In this document: piece after piece, positions 1 to 7,872 of the stretch
How positions within the stretch are numbered: the first letter of the stretch is position 1
Layout: every line of letters begins with the position of its first letter
From: an uncultured Nitrospiraceae bacterium
GTDB lineage: Bacteria; Nitrospirota; Nitrospiria; Nitrospirales; Nitrospiraceae
Reading direction: 5' to 3'
Length of the DNA stretch: 64,000 nucleotides
Assembly: GCA_963846575.1 (NCBI GenBank)
Contig: CAWJWJ010000002.1
Location: 32,001 to 96,000, forward strand
Program-made: the position numbers and the translations under genes
The notes under the pieces: model-generated
Database searches by the model: none
What the model was told of the DNA's origin: nothing
Seen by the model: only the letters and a program-made list of their open reading frames with translations

Positions 1-617
1 TATATGGGAATTACGGTGACCAGAATGGTGTAGCGAGTGGGTTGTCTCGCGGCCTACGCCTTCGATTCGGCGACAAACCCAAGGACGTCGTCGTGATGGC
101 AGGAGACGGGGGAACGGCAGATATAGGATTTCAGCAAGTGCTCCATTCGTGGTTCCGGAAAGAGCGATTCACCACGATCATGTTGGATAATGAAGTGTAT
201 GGAAATACCGGCGGGCAGGAGAGTGGGATGACCAATCGAGGCGCGGTCCTCAAAATGGCACCCCTGGGGAAGAAGTTTGAGAAGATGGATATGTTGCAGA
301 TGGCAAAAGTGGCTGGTTGCGCGTATGTGGCGACCGTGGTTCCGAACAATCCCCGTCGGGTTGAGAGCGTCATCAAGAAGGCTGTGCTGATCGCCAGAGA
401 AGTGGGGTCCACGTACATTCAGGCCTACACGTCATGCAACATTGAGTACGCAATTCCAACCGACAAGGTCATGGAAGATGCCAAAACCGTTGAAAACGAT
501 CGCTACCAATTCTCCGAATACATTACTGACGAAGCGAAGCAATTTCTCACTGAGCGGTATGGGTACAAGGAGTTTCTCCCGAAGCCAGCCGCTCCCGCTG
601 GTCTGCCAAAGGCCTGA
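1..617 (+). CDS. forB: 2-oxoacid:ferredoxin oxidoreductase beta (TPP-binding) subunit, For type; 5' end outside window
   Basis: Frame is open from base 3 (YGNYGDQNGVASGLSRG...). TPP motif GDGGTADIG...LDNEVYGNTGGQ. Followed by gamma, ferredoxin-like, delta and alpha subunits. Confidence 0.88.
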   Translation, partial: YGNYGDQNGVASGLSRGLRLRFGDKPKDVVVMAGDGGTADIGFQQVLHSWFRKERFTTIMLDNEVYGNTGGQESGMTNRGAVLKMAPLGKKFEKMDMLQMAKVAGCAYVATVVPNNPRRVESVIKKAVLIAREVGSTYIQAYTSCNIEYAIPTDKVMEDAKTVENDRYQFSEYITDEAKQFLTERYGYKEFLPKPAAPAGLPKA

Positions 618-640
618 GTCACGTTGAAGGAGGATTGAGC

Positions 641-1354
641 ATGGCGAAACGGTTTAACATTCGGATGGCGGGCGTGGGTGGTCAAGGCGTTGTGACCGGC
701 TCTCATATTCTCAGCACCGCAGTTATTAACGCAGGCGGAGAAAGTACGATTGTTCCGTTTTACGGATCGGAAAAGCGGATGGCGCCCGTGGAGAGCTATG
801 TGCGGGTGTCCGATGAGCCCATCTATGAGATTGGGGAAATCACTTTCCCCCACATCATTATCATTTTCCACCCACAAGTCATTACTCACGGCAAATCGTA
901 CACCATGCCGTTTTACTTCGGACTGAAGGAAGACGGTATCGCCTTGATTAATAACGATGGGCCGATGAAACTCCATCGGGATCAAGCTCGCGAATTAGAA
1001 GAGCGTCGCGCGAGGTTGTACTATTTCCCGGCCACAAAAATTTCTCTTGAGGTTGCGGGGATGGATCTGGCGACGAACATGGCTTTGATGGGTTGCATCG
1101 GGGCAATCACGGGTCTGACATCCGTCCAATCCTTAGAGCAGGCTGTCAAGGATCGGTTCCTGGGTAAAGGCTTTGTCGTGTCTGGTGGAACTGCCGCATT
1201 GGATAGTGTCGTTGAACGAAAGTTTAAAAAGAAGCAAGAATTGATCGACAAGAACGTTGCGGTCATTCAAGCCGGCTGGAATTATGCGGTTGATAACGGT
1301 TGGGCCGCCCCATCCGTCAAGCGCTCGGAAACGGCAGAGGCCGTTACCGCTTGA
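641..1354 (+). CDS. forC: 2-oxoacid:ferredoxin oxidoreductase gamma subunit
   Basis: IRMAGVGGQGVV and PFYGSEKRMAPV motifs. AGGAGG at 628-633 before ATG 641. Confidence 0.88.
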   Translation: MAKRFNIRMAGVGGQGVVTGSHILSTAVINAGGESTIVPFYGSEKRMAPVESYVRVSDEPIYEIGEITFPHIIIIFHPQVITHGKSYTMPFYFGLKEDGIALINNDGPMKLHRDQARELEERRARLYYFPATKISLEVAGMDLATNMALMGCIGAITGLTSVQSLEQAVKDRFLGKGFVVSGGTAALDSVVERKFKKKQELIDKNVAVIQAGWNYAVDNGWAAPSVKRSETAEAVTA

Positions 1355-1379
1355 TTCAGCTTAAGAACAAGGAGTTCTC

Positions 1380-1703
1380 ATGTATCTCGTAGCCGATATC
1401 AGCGTTGAGATCTGTGCCGCGAAAAGCTGCAAGCTCTGCACCCAATACTGTCCAGAAGCCAATACAATCCTTTATAGTGACGAAATGGGCAAGGATAAAG
1501 GATTTAAGTATGGTTCGGCGTATGTGGCGGTGGATCGATGTAAGGGTTGCGCCCAATGCGTCTGGGTCTGTGACAACATGGCAAAGAATAATGCCATTAA
1601 GATGATCATGATCGATCAACTGCCGGTGGCAGCATTGACGGACAATATTACCTACGGGGAAAAGAGCACGACGGCCGCATTGGTTAGTCCTGTAGTTGGG
1701 TAA
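1380..1703 (+). CDS. forE: Ferredoxin-like 2x[4Fe-4S] small subunit (epsilon) of the oxidoreductase
   Basis: CAAKSCKLCTQYCP and CKGCAQCVWVC motifs. AAGGAG RBS. Operonic position. Confidence 0.8.
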   Translation: MYLVADISVEICAAKSCKLCTQYCPEANTILYSDEMGKDKGFKYGSAYVAVDRCKGCAQCVWVCDNMAKNNAIKMIMIDQLPVAALTDNITYGEKSTTAALVSPVVG

Positions 1704-2488
1704 TGCACGAAAGGGGAATGGGCGTGGGAACGACGCAAGATACGAGAGAGCGGATCATCGTGCCGGGACCAGCAGGGTTCCATCCACCGTCAGCAGCTCA
1801 GCTGGGAGTATCGCTGCCCGATCCTGGGCAGGGCCTGTATTATGGACTGCTGGAGCCGAATGAGGACACAGTAATCGAAGAGATGGCTCGGAAAATGCTG
1901 ACTAGCCCGAATGCTACGATCTTCCCGGGACCTCTCGTCTTGTGGGCGTGGAATGATCATGCCGTCGAAAAGGCAAAGGCAGTTTTGGAAATTGCTGCTC
2001 AAATTCCAGAAGTTATGATCATCCCTATGCCGGATTACCGTCCAAAGTACCCAAAGATCGATCCCGAAGAAGTTATCAATCCGAATCATCCAAACCTTAC
2101 GATTTGGGGGAATAAGATCGAAGCCTGCGTCTTCATTGGGGTGCACTGTCACTATGCCAATCTCACCCTGAAAATGATTCGGGCCGGGACGAACTGCTGT
2201 ACTATGGCCATTTGTGCAGAGCAAGGTCATGAAGACGCGATGTTGACCATTCGTGATTCAGACACGCTGAAGCTGAGAAAAACAGCACAAATCTTCAAGC
2301 GGATTCGCGAGGAGATGGGCATAAAGTTGCCTGAAAACGGAGAGAATGTTCGATTCACTGGGACTCAGGCCAAAGTCCATAATGGTAAGACGCATACCAA
2401 CCCTATGACCTTTATGCCCTCGGCTGCCGGCGTCGGCAGTGCAGCCACATTTGGCCACTCAGCTGATCAGATGAAGCGAGAAGGCTAA
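1703..2488 (+). CDS. forD: Oxidoreductase delta subunit (CO dehydrogenase beta-subunit-like family); start could be 1718 or 1724
   Basis: PTIFPGPL-like segment, PNHPNLTIW, FIGVHCHYAN and CAEQGHEDA motifs. TAATG overlap with the upstream gene. Confidence 0.78.
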   Translation: MHERGMGVGTTQDTRERIIVPGPAGFHPPSAAQLGVSLPDPGQGLYYGLLEPNEDTVIEEMARKMLTSPNATIFPGPLVLWAWNDHAVEKAKAVLEIAAQIPEVMIIPMPDYRPKYPKIDPEEVINPNHPNLTIWGNKIEACVFIGVHCHYANLTLKMIRAGTNCCTMAICAEQGHEDAMLTIRDSDTLKLRKTAQIFKRIREEMGIKLPENGENVRFTGTQAKVHNGKTHTNPMTFMPSAAGVGSAATFGHSADQMKREG

Positions 2489-2513
2489 GGCGATACAGTT
2501 AAGAGGTGCAAAG

Positions 2514-3860
2514 ATGAGCGAAGCATTAGAACCCCAACAGAAAACAAATCCGCAAGGCGACCCCATCACGAGTGTTTCGGCTCCCAAAGCCGAAGGTAAG
2601 AAGGATCCGCATGCGGATGCAAAACGGCAAAAGGTTGTAACTCCTGAATACCTCTTCTTAGAGGCTCCTCGCACGAAAGAGTTTATCACCGGGAGTGAGG
2701 CCGCAAAAGAAGCAATACGAAGGTCAAATGTAGACCTTGCTATCGCCTACCCAATCACGCCGCAAAGCGAGACGATGCAATTGGTCGGCGTGCTGTATGG
2801 TGAAGGATATGTTAAAGAATACTATCGCGGAGAAGAAGAAGTCGGCGTGATGGCAGCAATTGCCGGTGGATCCCGAGCAGGGGTACGCTGTTACACGGCG
2901 ACCGCGGGCCCGGGTACGCTGAGAGGTTTGGAGGGTATTGCTTCATGGCCTGGACATCGGCTTCCCGTTGTTGCCATGTTCACCTGTCGAGTTGTGAATG
3001 CGCCTTTGGCGATTCAGCCAGATAACATTGAGGTGTCCTATTTGATCAATTGCGGCATGATCGTGTTCCACGCCGAAAATCAGCAGGACATGTATGATTT
3101 CACGATGGCAGGATTCGTCATCAGTGAAAAGAATGATGTTACCCTTCCTGTCGGCGTATGTTGCGATGGGTTCTTCGTTACGCATGCCAGGGGTTATGTA
3201 CGGATGCAGGATCGCGGAATGAAATTGCCGCCAAGAGAACCGTGGAGAGGAGCAGTTCCAGTTCTGGATGCGGAGAATCCCCCTGCCCGACTGTCTCGGG
3301 ATGCTCCGGTTCAGAAGTCCAACTTTATGGCGTACAACATTCATGCGGTTTGGCAGCAAGAGGTCTGGGCCGCGGTAGAACGCTCGCGTAAATATATAAA
3401 CCAGTATATGGGCGGGTTGCTTACCGCCGAGAATGTGGACGATGCCGAGGCGGTCATTATTGCTTCTGGAAGTGCAGCGGCTCAATCTCGGGAAGCAGTC
3501 CGTATTTGTGCAGAGAAGGGCATTAAGATTGGGTTGATCAAGATCCGCTCGCTCCGTCCGTTCCCGACACAGGAACTACGTAAGTTATGCGGAAAAGCCA
3601 AATTGATTGTTGTTCCGGAATTCAACTATGTCGGGTGGTTGGCTAAAGAGGTGGCAACCGCTATTTATGGATTCTCAAACGCAAAAATCATCGGTGGCCC
3701 GCGTGTTTATGGGGGACAGTCGATGCCGGTAGAATTGATTGTGGATGAAGTTGAATCCGGTTTGACAGGTAAGAAGTCGACAAACGTGGCGATGTCTCAG
3801 GTCATGGGCGCTTCCGCTGCCGACCAGGAGGCCATGGGGCATTTCCTGCGCAGTATTTGA
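2514..3860 (+). CDS. forA: 2-oxoacid:ferredoxin oxidoreductase alpha subunit (probably 2-oxoglutarate synthase)
   Basis: AYPITPQSE, TATAGPG and IRSLRPFP motifs. GAGG RBS. OGOR rather than POR is inferred from the acl/idh/suc context. Confidence 0.88.
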   Translation: MSEALEPQQKTNPQGDPITSVSAPKAEGKKDPHADAKRQKVVTPEYLFLEAPRTKEFITGSEAAKEAIRRSNVDLAIAYPITPQSETMQLVGVLYGEGYVKEYYRGEEEVGVMAAIAGGSRAGVRCYTATAGPGTLRGLEGIASWPGHRLPVVAMFTCRVVNAPLAIQPDNIEVSYLINCGMIVFHAENQQDMYDFTMAGFVISEKNDVTLPVGVCCDGFFVTHARGYVRMQDRGMKLPPREPWRGAVPVLDAENPPARLSRDAPVQKSNFMAYNIHAVWQQEVWAAVERSRKYINQYMGGLLTAENVDDAEAVIIASGSAAAQSREAVRICAEKGIKIGLIKIRSLRPFPTQELRKLCGKAKLIVVPEFNYVGWLAKEVATAIYGFSNAKIIGGPRVYGGQSMPVELIVDEVESGLTGKKSTNVAMSQVMGASAADQEAMGHFLRSI

Positions 3861-3882
3861 GTTCGAGAAGAGGAACGTGAAG

Positions 3883-3921
3883 AAAAAGCAGAGCCCGTTC
3901 GGCTGATCCGAACGGGCTCTG
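3883..3921. terminator. Intrinsic terminator between convergent forA and the 82-aa gene
   Basis: Perfect 14-bp stem CAGAGCCCGTTCGG (3889-3902) / CCGAACGGGCTCTG (3908-3921). A5 on the left gives a U-tract on the minus strand. Confidence 0.8.
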
Positions 3922-3944
3922 TGCGTTGTGAAGATCACGCAACC

Positions 3945-4193
3945 TTAGCCTTGCAGATCTTCTTCAACCAGGTCGGGACTCTCCGGCATTCCGCTGGCAA
4001 TGTATTTGGCATAGGAAAGGTAAATCAGGCTACTATCGCGCATGGCCTTGGCCCCATAGGTCATACGTTCCAAACGTTCCGCATCAACGGGTTGAGCCGA
4101 TTGAAGCGTTGCGACATGTTCTTCCAGGACCATTGTGTATCGTTCCATGGCCATCTCTACTTCCCGATAGGCTTGCAGAATAGGATCAGTCAT
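3945..4193 (-). CDS. Small helical hypothetical protein (82 aa)
   Basis: Has an RBS (GAGGAG), a sigma70-like promoter upstream and a terminator downstream. Confidence 0.75.
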   Translation of the reverse strand: MTDPILQAYREVEMAMERYTMVLEEHVATLQSAQPVDAERLERMTYGAKAMRDSSLIYLSYAKYIASGMPESPDLVEEDLQG

Positions 4194-4216
4194 ATAATTT
4201 GCTCCTCTTGCTAGGC

Positions 4217-4246
4217 AGGATACAGCAGGGTCCTTTTAAGGGTCAA
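4217..4246 (-). promoter_or_regulatory. Putative sigma70 promoter for the 82-aa gene
   Basis: Minus strand TTGACC-18 bp-TATCCT. Confidence 0.5.
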
Positions 4247-4260
4247 CACGGTATCTATTC

Positions 4261-5466
4261 ATGCATAAAGTATCATCAGCGGTACTGAGCGCGCTGGCAA
4301 CAGTGGCTCGGGGAAGCCTTCAGGGGTTGCATCGGGATCCGCCGCAACCCATCGCCAGCGGAGTATTAAGCCTTTCAGCATTATTTACTAGGGGTGGGCT
4401 CGGGAAAAGCCGTGCATATCTAGAGGATGCACGGCTGCGTGCGAGTTATCTTTCCTATTATGTGCCCGTAAACGTTTCGAAAGTGCAGGCATTACTGGAT
4501 GAGCTGCGTCCCACCTTTTCAGCCATTCGAAACGATGAATTTCGAGTCCTAGATCTCGGTGGAGGGCCTGGAACTGGGGCGGTCGCTACATTGGATTGGT
4601 GTTGTTCGACCGACACCCTCTCTCCCGCGTCTCTTCGAATGACAGTCGTTGATCACTCTCCCCAAGCGTTAAGGCTCTGTGACGAGGTCTGGAATGCGTA
4701 CGGCAAGGCGCAGAATGGGCGAAGAATTTCCTCGCTACACACCGTGGAGCACAATTTAGAACAGCGTCTTCCCTCCCGTCTTCGACCGCTTGATGGGGAG
4801 AGGGGCTATGACTTAATTATTCTTCAGAATCTGCTTTCCGAGTTATTCGTTGAAAGCTCAGATCCCATCAATCAGCGAACCATGTTGGTGGCGACGTTGC
4901 TCGAGTGGTTAGCGAGAGACGGAAGCCTGATGATCGTAGAGCCTGCTATGCGATCTGCCTCGCGAGAATTGCATCAGGTGCGGGATAAACTTCTGGCTAG
5001 CGAGCGCTGTGGTATCTATAGCCCCTGCCTGCACGATTCACCATGCCCAGCATTGATTAAGCCTGATGATTGGTGCCACGAGGAACGCAAATGGGAGACC
5101 CCAGATTGGATTAGTCAGATCGACAGACAGGTGGGGTTCATCAAGGACGCACTTAAGTTTTCATATGTGATCCTGCGGAAGGACGGGAAAACACTAGTTC
5201 CGAGAAATTCTGAATATCATCGTGTTGTCAGCGAGTTACGTGTAATGAAGGGTGAGAAACGGGTCTGGTTGTGTGATGCAACAGGTAGGCTGGAGGTCGG
5301 ACGGCAAGACAAGGAGCAGTCGACATCCAACACGGCCTTTGATTCCTGGCATCGGGGTGCTATTGTGCGTGTCAGTGAAATTGTCAGGAAGAACAGAAAA
5401 GATCGACCGGCTATGGTCGGCCGAATCCTCTCAATAGGAGAAGCCGAAATCATCCGCCCTGCGTAA
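4261..5466 (+). CDS. Rsm22/METTL17-family SAM-dependent methyltransferase-like protein
   Basis: YLSYYVPVN, VLDLGGGPGTG (motif I), IVEPA, SPCLHDSPCP...WCH and KFSYVILRK motifs typical of the Rsm22 family. Confidence 0.75.
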   Translation: MHKVSSAVLSALATVARGSLQGLHRDPPQPIASGVLSLSALFTRGGLGKSRAYLEDARLRASYLSYYVPVNVSKVQALLDELRPTFSAIRNDEFRVLDLGGGPGTGAVATLDWCCSTDTLSPASLRMTVVDHSPQALRLCDEVWNAYGKAQNGRRISSLHTVEHNLEQRLPSRLRPLDGERGYDLIILQNLLSELFVESSDPINQRTMLVATLLEWLARDGSLMIVEPAMRSASRELHQVRDKLLASERCGIYSPCLHDSPCPALIKPDDWCHEERKWETPDWISQIDRQVGFIKDALKFSYVILRKDGKTLVPRNSEYHRVVSELRVMKGEKRVWLCDATGRLEVGRQDKEQSTSNTAFDSWHRGAIVRVSEIVRKNRKDRPAMVGRILSIGEAEIIRPA

Positions 5467-5470
5467 AGTA

Positions 5471-5665
5471 TTAATCAGCTTCGGGCTCAGAGCTGCCGTG
5501 TTGATGGGTGACACGGTCCTCATCGAAGAGTTCGGCCATTTCGTCTGCCATCATGTCCCGGTCATTAGGAACCGAGACGAGGGGGATTTCTTTGCGCGGC
5601 TTCGCTTCGCCATCGGGGGGGGGGGAGGGCAATTTAGGTGATTTAGGGGCTTGTGAGTTGCTCAT
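5471..5665 (-). CDS. Small Pro-rich/acidic, probably disordered protein (64 aa)
   Basis: Fills the gap downstream of the Zn-ribbon gene on the same strand. No clear RBS. Contains a C11 tract. Confidence 0.5.
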   Translation of the reverse strand: MSNSQAPKSPKLPSPPPDGEAKPRKEIPLVSVPNDRDMMADEMAELFDEDRVTHQHGSSEPEAD

Positions 5666-5706
5666 ACAAAATTCAGTATACACGAAATGTTGATCAATAA
5701 TAAGCG

Positions 5707-6066
5707 TTATTCGAATGCTTCCAGCGACGAACGCTCAGGGAATTGAGTCTTACAGGCGGAGCAGGTGACAAAATAGACGGATTCGCGGACTGACATGGTG
5801 ACCCGGAAATCAAGACCCACGCCTCGATGCTGGCAGGTTGGACATGAGATCTCCTTCAGTCGGTAAGGGATATCCGGTTGAGTTCTCAGATAAAATTCCA
5901 TGTCGGTGTACACAGGGAAATTGTACCGACATTTTAAGCAGACGCCACGGCATTCTCCGTCCGATTGTAAGGTTCGTCGGTCGACGCCAAAAGCGTTCGT
6001 CTTGCATATTGCGCAACGAATGCTGGATAGGCGCTGTTCCACTTCTTCGAGCGGAGTGCGAGACAT
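5707..6066 (-). CDS. Double Zn-ribbon protein (119 aa)
   Basis: Four CxxC pairs: CAIC, CLKC, CPTC, CSAC. AAGG RBS. Confidence 0.75.
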   Translation of the reverse strand: MSRTPLEEVEQRLSSIRCAICKTNAFGVDRRTLQSDGECRGVCLKCRYNFPVYTDMEFYLRTQPDIPYRLKEISCPTCQHRGVGLDFRVTMSVRESVYFVTCSACKTQFPERSSLEAFE

Positions 6067-6154
6067 GCGTCGGTTACCTTTTCAGATTGAGTCATGAGTA
6101 TACGCAGCGAATGAGACAATCTTCAACCAACATGTTCGGATAAGCTAGAATTTC

Positions 6155-6182
6155 TTGACCGGGAACCAGTCGTCCCTATACT
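6155..6182 (+). promoter_or_regulatory. Putative sigma70 promoter for the phosphatase gene
   Basis: TTGACC-16 bp-TATACT ending 9 bp before ATG 6192. Confidence 0.55.
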
Positions 6183-6191
6183 AACTAGACC

Positions 6192-6623
6192 ATGCATTTG
6201 ATTAATAAGCGGCTTCTGGTGGGCAATGCTGACGATGCCAAGAATCCCCCCCCCCAAGTGGGCGCCGTTTTGATGGTTGCAGAAGAACAGAACGTGCCGG
6301 TACCGCCGAGGATCGTCTATGCGAAAATTCCTTTAAAAGAATTTGGCAAGCCCACCGTCGTGTCGCTTGGCGAAGCTGTTGATTGGGTGGAGGCGCATAT
6401 CGTCGACCATCGAATCATGGTCTGTTGCCGCGCGGGCATGGGGCGCTCGGTCTCAGTGGTGATTGCCTACTTCTGCTGCGTCGAACGGATGTCTTACCCC
6501 GATGCCCTTAAGATGGTACTAGCTCGCCGTCCAGGTGGAATGCCACTGCCATATCTTCAGGAAATAATCGAAGCTCTCAATCTGCTCCGACGAGACCGTT
6601 CCAATTCGGCAATCGCTCAGTAG
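6192..6623 (+). CDS. Dual-specificity/PTP-family phosphatase
   Basis: P-loop VCCRAGMGRS (CX5R) and ALKMVLARRP helix typical of DSP folds. Confidence 0.82.
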   Translation: MHLINKRLLVGNADDAKNPPPQVGAVLMVAEEQNVPVPPRIVYAKIPLKEFGKPTVVSLGEAVDWVEAHIVDHRIMVCCRAGMGRSVSVVIAYFCCVERMSYPDALKMVLARRPGGMPLPYLQEIIEALNLLRRDRSNSAIAQ

Positions 6624-6817
6624 TGGACTTGCTCTCATTTTGCTGCGAAGTCGCAATTCACTGCTCCACTTCGTGGAACAAGTTCTCCGCTCCCCCTCCC
6701 AATAAATACCATCCTAGACTCAGTCTAATTCCCCCAGTTGCATTTTGCCTGACAGCCATGGCGTAATTTGGTCTGCGCGGGAAGGCTTTTCCATTCTCAC
6801 AGGGAAGATGTATTTCG

Positions 6818-7708
6818 ATGCCAGAGCTGCCCGAAGCGGAAGTTGTAGCACGTCAATTGCGTAACCGAGTGATCGGAACGACCGTGCGGGAGGTCTGGGT
6901 GGGTCGCGATGATATTGTTCGCGAGGGCCTGCCGTCAGTGGAATGGTACCGTCAGGCGAAAATTATTGACGTTGAGCGAAGGGGTAAGAGCGTCATCCTC
7001 GGATTCGTTCGGAAAGGGGATGCGCGATTTCTAGTTGCCGAATTGGGCATGACTGGCCTACTAATCTTTGCATCGACCCGAACGAAGCACCCGCAACACA
7101 CTCACTTTGTTCTGCACTTAGACGGTAGTGGAGAAACTCAAATCCGATATTGGAATCCTCGGCGATTTGGGCGACTGTCCTTGCTCGACCAATCGGGTCT
7201 TGACCGATATGCGGCGCGTCGGTTCGGTTATGATCCGCTCACTATCAGCCTTGGAGAATTTATCAGAGTACTCGGGTCCACACGCCAACGGCTGAAGCCC
7301 TTGTTGATGCATCAGCAAGTGATTGCTGGAATAGGGAATATCTACGCCAGTGAGATTCTCTTCCGCGCCGGGCTCCATCCGCACCAAGTTGCCAATCAAT
7401 TGAATGAGAAAGCGATGATGCGATTGCACAGAATTATGGGGGAAGTGTTGCAGGAAGCCATTGCCATGGGGGGGTCAAGCGTGAGGGACTACTTTGCGCC
7501 GGATGGAACGGAGGGGCAATATAAGCGCAGACACTTGGTCTACGCAAAAACGGGGGAGCCTTGTCCAAACGGGTGCGGGGGGCTGATCCGACGGTCTGCC
7601 GGCGAACGGACTTCTTTCTATTGTCCAATATGTCAACGAAGGAGGACCCGTCGGGCTCCTCAACCAGAACAGAGCTCATTGGGCAGTTCAGGGAAGGCAA
7701 AGTCTTGA
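6818..7708 (+). CDS. mutM: Formamidopyrimidine-DNA glycosylase (Fpg/MutM)
   Basis: N-terminal MPELPE, RRGK, LGMTG, PRRFG, GIGNIYASE (H2TH) and C-terminal Zn finger CPNGC...CPIC. Confidence 0.9.
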   Translation: MPELPEAEVVARQLRNRVIGTTVREVWVGRDDIVREGLPSVEWYRQAKIIDVERRGKSVILGFVRKGDARFLVAELGMTGLLIFASTRTKHPQHTHFVLHLDGSGETQIRYWNPRRFGRLSLLDQSGLDRYAARRFGYDPLTISLGEFIRVLGSTRQRLKPLLMHQQVIAGIGNIYASEILFRAGLHPHQVANQLNEKAMMRLHRIMGEVLQEAIAMGGSSVRDYFAPDGTEGQYKRRHLVYAKTGEPCPNGCGGLIRRSAGERTSFYCPICQRRRTRRAPQPEQSSLGSSGKAKS

Positions 7709-7872
7709 TAACAATCAGATCAATTATTTATGAAGATGAATCTTCAGTCCCCATTGTGGTAGGACTTCTGTGCTCAAGGCGTAGGCCCTTTGGAGGATTG
7801 AGCTAATCACCGGATTTCGGTACTCTATCGGTCCGTTTCTCTGCCCTATCACTCACCAAGGAGTCGTCAATC

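Noticed and set aside
6624..6700. Possible structured RNA between the phosphatase and mutM
   Set aside because: Only short, imperfect stems; not distinguishable from background.
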